Shown here: piece by piece, positions 35,791 through 45,161 of the stretch | How positions within the stretch are numbered: the stretch's first letter is position 1 | Layout of the letters: each line of letters begins with the position of its first letter | DNA from: Octopus sinensis | Taxonomy: Eukaryota | Length of the DNA stretch: 45,161 bases | NCBI RefSeq assembly: GCF_006345805.1 | Contig: NW_021834905.1 | Span: 1 to 45,161, forward strand | Reading direction: 5' to 3' | Translations under genes and position numbers: made by a program | The notes under the pieces: generated by a model | Database searches by the model: none | The model's input: the letters and a program-made list of their open reading frames with translations, nothing else | What the model was told of the DNA's origin: nothing

Positions 35791-35850
35791 TACACACACA
35801 CACTCACACACACTCACACACACATACATAGCAAAAGTATAAGAGGTATT

Positions 35851-36141
35851 ATGGAGAAGTTCTTAAGCAGATCAGGCCAAAAATGTCGCTAGAAGCTAGG
35901 ATCACCAAGCATAGATTGGCATATTTCGGTCATATTATGCGGAGAAAATCCCTGGAGAAGGACATCATGCTCGGAATGGTCAGTGCCAAGAGAGGAAGAG
36001 GCCGACCAAGAACCCGCTGGCTTGACACCATCAAGGGTGATACCGGAATGGACATAGCCAATCTGAAAGAAGCGGCCCAGGATAGAACTGACTGGAGGAC
36101 ACTGATCCAACGAGTAATCGAGAGTCGACTTCGACTGAGCG

Positions 36142-36183
<42 letters not shown>

Positions 36184-36202
36184 GATAGATAGATAGATAG
36201 AT
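35851..36202 (+). mobile_element. 5'-truncated RTE/BovB-like LINE with (GATA)n tail and 12 bp TSD
   Basis: Open frame EVLKQIRPKMSLEARITKHRLAYFGHIMRRKSLEKDIMLG...KRGRGRPRTRWLD...AQDRTDWR, a classic RTE C-terminus. ATAAGAGGTATT at 35839-35850 and 36201-36212. Confidence 0.93.
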
Positions 36203-36407
36203 AAGAGGTATTGGTATCCAGAAGATCAAGGTAGCAGGTAGGACTTATGTAAGTGCTGTGGAAGGACCGTAGTTAAACTCTCGGTTTGGTAATAATACAA
36301 GTGAGGGGTCTAATGCGGGTCTTGTATGAGCAGCTTTATGTTAAATTAAATGAGACAACAAAGCCAAGGCTGTGTGGAATTTCAGGAAATTTATAAAGAG
36401 AAAGTTA

Positions 36408-36455
36408 GTCTTACAGCTGTTTCTGGGGTTTTAGGTATATCCCTTCTTCAGAGAC
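36408..36455 (-). ncRNA. PLE-type minimal hammerhead ribozyme
   Basis: Minus: GTCT-CTGAAGA-AGGG(ATATACCTAAAA)CCCCA-GAAAC-AGCT-GTA-AGAC. Stem I GUCU/AGAC, palindromic ACAGCUGU stem III, GUA site. Confidence 0.8.
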
Positions 36456-36792
36456 GATGTGAGATGGTCACATAGAGTGAAATAGTAGAGTTTCAATATA
36501 GGGAATTATTTTGGAAAAGGATGGAAATAAGAAGCATAGGAGGAATATAAGAGAATAAAAGTAAAAATTAAGATATATGTAGGATGTTATAGTTGCAGTT
36601 CTTTTATTCAAGGAAAGTGGTAGAAGAGGTAGAAATGTTTAATACCAATCGTGAAGGAGATATTGAACATCAACTTATGGTCCTGTACAAGTGAAGTCAT
36701 AACATGGTTCCATCTCTTAAACAACAAATGGCTGCCCGAGTGAACGTGGGCTTGTGTCTCTGTTGTGTTTATGTACATATATATATAATAAG

Positions 36793-36869
<77 letters not shown>

Positions 36870-37175
36870 ATGTATATATATATATGTATATATATTACAC
36901 ACATACATATATACATATATATATAAATATCATATATTATATTATATTAATATATATATATATTATATTATATATATATATATATATATATATCGTATAT
37001 ACTCTGTATATTTATGTATATGTATATCACAGATATATTTCTTTCTGAATGCATGAGTAGTATATATACATTATGTCCATGCGTATACACCTATGCATAC
37101 ACATATCACATATGTATCAGTGTGCAGAAAAAATAAACGAGATATTGGCAGGGCGAAATAGATAAATAGATAGAT

Positions 37176-37219
<44 letters not shown>

Positions 37220-37547
37220 AGAGAGACAGAGAGAGACAGAGGTACACACGTCCAGAGATGGGACATCTATGTTCCTATAACATGTAAGTACGGAAATTCA
37301 CAGTAAGGGATATAAACGGTTGACTGGGTAGCTGGACTGTGCGTGTGTAGGGGGTAGGGTGGGTGAGTGTAGAAACGGAGTGGGCGAAGCGGTAGCTCGA
37401 CTGTGTCTGGGAGTCTGTGTGTGTATATGTGGGGGGGCAGGTTTCGAATGGGTAGCTGGACTGCTGAGTAGAGGGATGAGGTATGGGTCGGATGGATGCT
37501 GGATGACAAAATAAAGGTAGCAGCAAGAACGACTGAATTACAGAAGA

Positions 37548-37871
37548 TCATCACCATCACCACCACTATGACTACCTTTACCATCACCACCATTACTACT
37601 ACCATTACTACCATCATCATCACCAGCACTAATACCATCATTACCACCCCACCACGATAGCAACCATCACAATTACTACTACTACTACTAACTACTACCA
37701 CCTTCACCGCTACCACCACCACCACCATCACCATCACCACCACCACAACCAACATCACCAACATTACTACTACAAGCCTCAACACCACTTCCATTGCTAC
37801 TACCCCTAATACCTCCACCATCACCACAACTACTACTTGTACTATCATCAGCACCAGCTCCCCTACTACTA

Positions 37872-37913
<42 letters not shown>

Positions 37914-37938
37914 GCTACTGCTGCTGCTGCTGCTGCTG

Positions 37939-37976
<38 letters not shown>

Positions 37977-38004
37977 GCTACTGCTGCTGCTGCTACTGCT
38001 GCTG

Positions 38005-38055
<51 letters not shown>

Positions 38056-38056
38056 A
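37548..38056. repeat. Compound (CAC/CAT/CTA/CTG)n trinucleotide tract
   Basis: Direct reading. Confidence 0.95.
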
Positions 38057-38181
38057 TGCTTTTGTGGAAAGACAATGACAGCAACAACTAATATATTAAC
38101 AATGCCTCCAAAAAACAATTAAATCCTCGAAAGTTCATTTGTTAATGTGGAATATTCATGACTTAATTAACTCATTAATTA

Positions 38182-38271
38182 TGTATGAGTTTCCGCTGTC
38201 TATTGACGGGTTGCACCACCCCGAAGTGTATGAGTTTCCGCTATCTAAAGACGGGTTGCACCACCCCGTAT
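38182..38271. repeat. 45 bp tandem duplication
   Basis: TGTATGAGTTTCCGCT.TCTA..GACGGGTTGCACCACCCCG occurs twice. Confidence 0.92.
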
Positions 38272-38456
38272 TGTATGCAACCAGTGCTAAGTACGCGCGA
38301 GGTCACTTCCCACATTTGACACATCTGCAGTGTTTTACTCTTAATAATGTTACAAGCATTGCTAATTGCATAATAATTACTATTGCTGTAAATGTGGCAT
38401 TAGCTGCATGGCATGATTGAGAGGAACTGAGAGGGAGCAACATGTGCAGATGGATA

Positions 38457-38496
<40 letters not shown>

Positions 38497-38536
<40 letters not shown>

Positions 38537-39516
38537 AGTATATATGTGTGTGTGTGTATGCTTGTATATATGTATGCGTGTACAAATGTATGTATAAATG
38601 TATGTACGAAGACATCAATGTATGTACGAATGCGTCTATGTATGTACGAACGTATGTCTTAATGTATGTACATATGAGTGAAGGCGTGTGGCCTAGCGGC
38701 TAGGCTGTTGCGCTCAGGATCGCTTGATCGTGGGTTCGATTTCCTGAGTGAGCGGCACGTGAGGTTCTTGAGCAAAACACTTCCTTTCGTGGTGTTCATA
38801 TATGTGTGTGTATAAATATATATGTGTGTGTATGCTTGTATATATGTATGCGTGTACAAATGTATGTATGCATGTATGTACGTTTACAATCCATGTATGT
38901 ACGAACGTATATCATAAGTATGTACGCATGCGTGAAGTCGTGTGGCCTAGCGGCTAGGCTGTGGCGCTATGATCGCTTGATCGTGGGTTCGATTCCTTGA
39001 TTGAGTAGCGTGTAGGGTTCTTGAGCAAAACACTTCCTTTCATGTTGTTCCCATTTCGATCAGGTAGGTAATGTTGGCTTGCTCGCTTAGCCAGCGGGGT
39101 GGCGTTATTTGAGGGCTAAAGCAATGCAAAAGCGCATTGTGACCAGCGTTGTACAATAACGTCTGACAGCCTTGTCGATCCTATGATGTACCTATGCATG
39201 TACGTATGTACGTATGCATGTGCACAAGTATGTATGTTCTAGAGTTACCCGTTCAGGAAAACATGATGAAGTCGCCGAAAATAAAATACTCAGTGTGCAT
39301 ATACGGGTTTGAAACATGTTTTATAAAATAGAGACTAACAAATTATGTTTTCGAATGAAGCAAAAACAATTTTTGTGGAACTCACTGTAAAAAACAAATT
39401 AGAGTGGTATTGCTCAGGTGTCGAAACCATAGTGATATCCGTGGGACAGCTGAGGATGGAGGTGAGGATGGCTGTTATTGTATGTGCGCAGAAGTTTTAT
39501 AAGACATACATCTGAT

Positions 39517-39562
<46 letters not shown>

Positions 39563-40560
39563 TGTGTGTGTGTGTGTGTGTATAAGTATATATGTGTTGT
39601 GTGTGTATGCTGTTATAGATGTATGCGTGTACAAATGTATGTATAAATGTATGTACGAAGACATCAATGTATGTACGAATGCGTCTATGTATGTACGAAC
39701 GTATGTCTTAATGTATGTACATAGAGTGAAGGCGTGTGGCCTAGCGGCTAGGCTGTTGCGTCACTCGATCGCTGATCGTGGGTTCGATTCCTGAGTGAGC
39801 GGCACGTGAGGTTCTTGAGCAAAACACTTCCTTCGTGGTGTTCATATATGTGTGTGTATAAATATATATGTGTGTGTATGCTTGTATATATGTATGCGTG
39901 TACAAATGTATGTATGCATGTATGTACGTTTACATCCATGTATGTACGAACGTATATCATAATGTATGTACGCATGCGTGAAGTCGTGTGGCCTAGCGGC
40001 TAGGCTGTGGCGCTTATGATCGCTTGATCGTGGGTTCGATTCCTTGATTGAGTAGCGTGTAGGGTTCTTGAGCAAAACACTTCCTTTCATGTTGTTCCCA
40101 TTTCGATCAGGGTAGAATGTTGGCTTGCTCGCTTAGCCAGCGGGGTGGCGTTATTTGAGGGCTAAAGCAATGCAAAAGCGCATTGTGACCAGCGTTGTAC
40201 AATAACGTCTGACAGCCTTGTCGATCCTATGATGTACCTATGCATGTACGTATGTACGTATGCATGTGCACAAGTATGTATGTTCTAGAGTTACCCGTTC
40301 AGGAAAACATGATGAAGTCGCCGAAAATAAAATACTCAGTGTGCATATACGGGTTTGAAACATGTTTTATAAAATAGAGACTACAAATTATGTTTTCGAA
40401 TGAAGCAAAAACATTTTTGTGGAACTCACTGTAAAAAACAATTAGAGTGGTATTGCTCATGGTGTCGAAACATAGTGATATCCGTGGGACAGCTGAGGAT
40501 GGAGGTGAGGATGGCTGTTATTGGTATGTGCGCAGAAGTTTTATAAGACATACATCTGAT

Positions 40561-40605
<45 letters not shown>
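38497..40605. repeat. ~1.04 kb near-identical tandem duplication bounded by (TG)n; each unit has an internal ~250 bp duplication of a SINE head
   Basis: 38531-39530 matches 39579-40575 (offset 1044-1048), and the differences are mostly 1 bp indels. Confidence 0.95.
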
Positions 40606-40608
<3 letters not shown>

Positions 40609-41293
40609 CCTTGTGTCTATATTTGTCCTGCACCACCGCTTCACAAAAAGATGAATGTTAATGTTGTCAAGACAGTTCTTCGAGGCATTTGATGCCGTTG
40701 TTATTATTCTTGTTTAACTCCAGGGTAACTCTGGTGCAGCCGACCAACAGCCAATTGTATTCCAGTTGTGACTCTCCTATCTACAACTACATTCCTTATT
40801 CAATTCGGTTAGGTGTGATTTAAGGGTGACGTAACTGTTATTTCAAGTCGGATTGGCGGCAACGTTGACTTGCTAATGGGTGACGTTGCTAACAACAACT
40901 AAATCCCTGCTCTGTGCCTTAAAACATTATCAACTGCTCCTTTAGTATCTCAGACACCATGTTGTGATATAACATTCCATTATGATATTTGTGAAAATTA
41001 TTCGCAGCCTCTGGACTACTTGACAAGTTAAGCAGCTACTCCAGTGTTAATGCTGAGTCAGAAATTGTGTAAAGTACTTCTTATCTGGAAGGAAGCCATC
41101 AGTAGCAAATAATCTTATGCCCAGAACATAAATTTACCTTTGACAATTCTTTCCTTGGTTCATGAGCCTTGTGAAAACACAGTAAAATCTCTGCTTTCTC
41201 ATCTTATAATTATATACATAGATACATACATGCATGCATACATATGTGCTTACATTCATCCCGTATATATACATTAAAAAAATTAAAAATTGG

Positions 41294-41462
41294 CGCCCCG
41301 TCGCTTACATCGACGAGGGTTCCAGTCGATCCGGTCAGCGGAGCAGCCTGCTCGTGAAATTAACGTGTAAGTAGCGGAGCACTTCACAGAAGCACTCTTA
41401 ACGTATTTCTGAGGGAGGTTCATCGTGACACAGAATGTGACCAAGCCAGTCCTTTAAAATAC
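41294..41462 (-). mobile_element. 3' body of the SINE seen at 28829-29142
   Basis: GCTCGTGAAATTAACGTG and CGTGACACAGAATGTGAC are reverse complements of 28995-29090. Confidence 0.78.
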
Positions 41463-41514
41463 ATACATACATACGTACATACATATACGTACATACACAC
41501 ATATATTACGTGTG

Positions 41515-42684
41515 TATGGTGTCCTCCCCGCCCCCCCACCAAAATTGTATACACAAATTTACAGCTAATAATTCAACCATCCTTTCTTTTTAAAGTTAAA
41601 ACAGAACTAATGAAAGGAACCAGATTAAGTTTTGAGCAACGTGAAATTTATGTCAGTGTGCCACTTGAAGTTCGGAAACGCAGAGAAAGTGAAAAGACAA
41701 TTTAGAATGGAGTTTTGGAGTTTCAAATTGATCTGCGTACACGACTACCCATCACTCGAGATAGGAGCGTGTTTGGAGTAGATGGAGCTGTTCAGAATAT
41801 CCACAAGAGAGGTTCTGGTAGACCTCGGACACTGACGAGGTTCTTGAAAACTATTGTCAGAGTCGAAGAAAAACCTGTGAGGCAAGTGAATCGTGAGATG
41901 GAAATTTCAAAATCAAACGATCATCGCATTTTGAAGCGTTGCTATTAGAAATATTGCATTCCATGAGTAGTCCAAGCTCTCAGTGAAGGTGATACGAACT
42001 GGAGAGTGGAGTTTTGCGAGTGATAGTTGGAAACATGTGTTGAAGATGCTCACTTTCGAACAAAAATTGTTTGACGTAATGAAATTATATTAAAAAATGT
42101 AGCTCTATTCGACGCCAAAGTTGTACCTACAGAGGATCTGACATTCTGCCTATTACGGATTAACATCATGTTAATTTTTCAGTATGGTGCGGCTTATCTA
42201 AAGGATTAACAGAGCTATTTTTTATTATACTCTTACTGGTCTCATTTACTCGAACTTGATACTACGATTTGTCGAGTATCCAAGAGGACTTTGAAGATGT
42301 GGAGTTTTATTTTCATCAAAACGGGACCCACACTCACACACTCACACACACTACCATAATAATTTAAGGCCCTACATTGTTGAGAATTTATCAAACAGGT
42401 CGGTTGAACAAAGGGATTGAGCAGAGAATCCTGCTCATTTATCGGACCTCACACGACTAGAGTTTTTTTTTTCATGGGGACACTTAAAATATAGATTTTA
42501 GGGTACAAAGCCGGCAACAGTCGACAAATTGAGGGTAGCTATTGGACTTGAAGGCGGACAAATACCGAATGAAATATTGCTGATGTTTACGATTCTATTA
42601 CTTTGCGCTATGAGCGCAGGCCACAACGATTATCAATTTGAAAACAAGCATTCAATGCGGTATACATTTTCTGGGACAACCGAT
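41515..42684 (+). mobile_element. Full-length decayed Tc1/mariner DNA transposon (DUF4817-type N-terminus) with residual TIRs
   Basis: From ATG 41610 the disrupted frames give FGVDGAVQNIHKRGSGRPRT, VQALSEGDTNWRVEFCE, VWCGLS, FYFHQNG and PAHLSDLTRLEFF/WGHLK...KPATVDKLRVAI (the WPxxSPDLxPxDFFxWGxLK motif). TIRs: GGTGTCC..AAAATTGTATAC (41518-41552) and GTATACATTTTCTGGGACAACC (42660-42681). Confidence 0.85.
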
Positions 42685-43273
42685 TGTGTGTGTATATTAT
42701 ATATATATATATATATATATTTTATTTTAGAATATATATTTATATATATATATATTAATATATAATATATACATTATACATACACATACAGTGCAATTTA
42801 AGACACGACTATAATCAATGTTTTCATCAATGTCTGCAAAATTTATTAAATTATCGAAGCAATTGTAAACAAGAAAATGCAATACCAGCTACTCAACTCT
42901 GTGTGTGTGTGTGAATGAAATAATTTTAGCATTTTCAACTTTTTCAACAGCGTATATTTTCGAAAGAATCTTTGGAAAAGTATCTTGAGTGGATCGCATG
43001 CAACGTCTTTGCGTGATTTTAGGGGGACTGTCGAGACAACATCAGTACCTGCTGTTACGTTAGGCTAGAAAGTCATCCCCTAGAAACATATATACATAAA
43101 AACATAAGCACGTATGCATTCATAGATACGCACATACGTACACACTCACAAACGAGAATACACGTAGTTCGTGTAATCAAATAGCAAATTCCATATTAGC
43201 ACCAATTTGAAGAATCCACTGTCCAATTCGATACTCAGTACTACAACTTGAATGTAAATTTAATCTTTTGCCA

Positions 43274-43317
43274 AATGTAACACGTGTTTCTACCTTAAAA
43301 GGCGTCATCAGTTCATT
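43274..43317 (-). ncRNA. PLE-type minimal hammerhead motif with intact core and damaged stem I
   Basis: Minus: AATGAA-CTGATGA-C-GCCTT(TT)AAGGT-A-GAAAC-ACGT-GTT-ACATT; palindromic ACACGUGU stem III. Confidence 0.68.
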
Positions 43318-43484
43318 AAAATGCAGTTGTTCTTTGTCTCTTGACAATCAAAGTGTATTTCGTATTTTTATTAGTATGATCTGGGCAGTACCATGAGCAA
43401 GTGTCTTCTACTATTTCCGGGACGACCAATTACCTTATTAGTGAATATGATAGGCGGAACGTGTATGAAAGCCACCGTATGTAT

Positions 43485-43559
<75 letters not shown>

Positions 43560-43562
<3 letters not shown>

Positions 43563-43716
43563 CAGAATGGGACAAGAACGCAAAACATCCCTACAACTAG
43601 GTGATACAAAACGAGACAACAAAACATCCAGATAGACGATACAAAAAACAAGGACGGGTCATTCGAAGCCTTTTATCTTCAGTCAAGACCGGATCATCCT
43701 CGCAGTTTTCGGGTTG
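43560..43716 (-). repeat. Second copy of the 2690-2815 short element
   Basis: See 2690-2815; flanked by long (TA)n. Confidence 0.75.
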
Positions 43717-43744
43717 ATATATATATATATATATATAGGGGATA

Positions 43745-43779
<35 letters not shown>

Positions 43780-43799
43780 TAGATATTAGATAGATAGGT

Positions 43800-43931
<132 letters not shown>

Positions 43932-44058
43932 GGTGGGCTTATATATGTATATTTATGAGTGTGTGCGTGTGCGTGTGCTCATATGTGTGTATGGGTTTGC
44001 GTGCATGCTTATATGTGAGTTTTTGTTTTTGTTGTTCATCCAATGAGGAGATATCTGT

Positions 44059-44089
<31 letters not shown>

Positions 44090-44870
44090 TCGCAAGGATA
44101 TTAGCGAAGAAACGCGCACGCGCAAACATGCACCTTTACACACACACTGAGTCCCCCCCCCACACACACACACGTGCACGCACGCACACGCACATATGCA
44201 TGCATAGATACACATATATGAATACGCAAATAAAAACCCATGCGTGCATATGTGTATGCATATATTATGTATGGCTATACATCAACCCAAGCCGATTGCA
44301 TATAACCGTGAGTACAGATGTCTATGCATCGTTGCATGCATGCTTAACTAAGGAATTAATTGGGTATTTATTAATTAGTATCTGAAATCCTTGATATATA
44401 TTTGTAGTGTTTTGACAGAACATGGTGTATATACAAGTATATCATAACGCAACATCTATACACAAATACAAAATTAATATACATGCTGGAGAAGTGGAGA
44501 AGTATAAATAATGATTTAAATACAACTATACACATACAGTTATATGTATGTGGACGTGTGCTTATTAATGACTATCATACAAATTGGCATTAATTAAATA
44601 TTATTAATTATAATTGAATCGTTGAGTACCTTAGAATAAAGTGCTCAGCAGCATGAGGCACAATACACACACACACACACACATTTCAAAAGGTAATAGG
44701 TAGAGATTCTCAATGTAGAAAACACGTAGCAGTGCTCAAAGGATTTAAACTTACCCTAAATCTTTATCGAGGACTAGGGCTACGGGTTTAGGACTGGGTA
44801 TAGGAGAATGCTTTATATATTTGTTGTGCAAGATTTTTTATGTGAAGTTGTGTGTTGAAACAGATATTGT

Positions 44871-45158
44871 TATATTTCGGAATGGTCATTTTGCCAGTTT
44901 AGCCAATAAAAACACTCGCACTATATATTTGGTGTTATTTTGCTTCAGTGTTATTTATTTTTTATATTAATCTTAATCCTATTTCGGCCAGAGTTCTTTC
45001 TTCACAATCCTGAGATCACATCAGTGGTCCTTTGTTTTCTTCTTTCTTATTTGTAAGATTAATGTAAAAAATGAATAACACTGAAGCAAAATAACACCAA
45101 ATATATAGTGCGTGTGTTTTTATTGGCTAAACTGGCAAAATGAGCATTCCGAAATATA
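44871..45158. repeat. Long inverted repeat, ~105 bp arms with a ~78 bp spacer
   Basis: 44871-44975 is the reverse complement of 45054-45158 with about 4 mismatches. It may extend beyond the window end. Confidence 0.95.
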
Positions 45159-45161
45159 TAA

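Noticed and set aside
37290-37505. Three GGTAGCT(G/C)GACTG motifs about 60 bp apart, also near 35504
   Set aside because: Looks like a degenerate dispersed repeat or minisatellite; no structure or function I can support.

Overview
AT-rich, microsatellite-saturated, non-coding eukaryotic DNA (intronic or intergenic). The SINE and LINE sequences resemble those I recall from octopus/coleoid cephalopod genomes; this is an inference, as no search was run. I find no credible host protein-coding gene, and nearly all ORFs in the track are translated simple repeats. The window holds about 25 tRNA-derived SINE copies in 4-5 families, several with target-site duplications (TSDs). It also has decayed fragments of CR1-like, L1/Tx1-like, RTE/BovB-like and HERO-clade non-LTR retrotransposons, two Tc1/mariner relics, and a ~1.04 kb tandem duplication that may be an assembly artefact. 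The most striking signal, invisible in the ORF track, is at least 10 hammerhead-ribozyme (HHR) motifs from about six unrelated sequence families on both strands, six of them within 20.2-23.7 kb. Three have intact cores and pairing (22125-22218 +, 23007-23067 +, 36408-36455 -). One family has a fixed non-canonical CUGU(U/A)GA core and is physically linked to the GIY-YIG C-terminus of a Penelope-like element (PLE) at 20409-21590. The short HHR elements are therefore best read as (TA)n-targeting PLE 3' ends or retrozyme-like elements. All alignments and folds were done by eye, and element boundaries are approximate.
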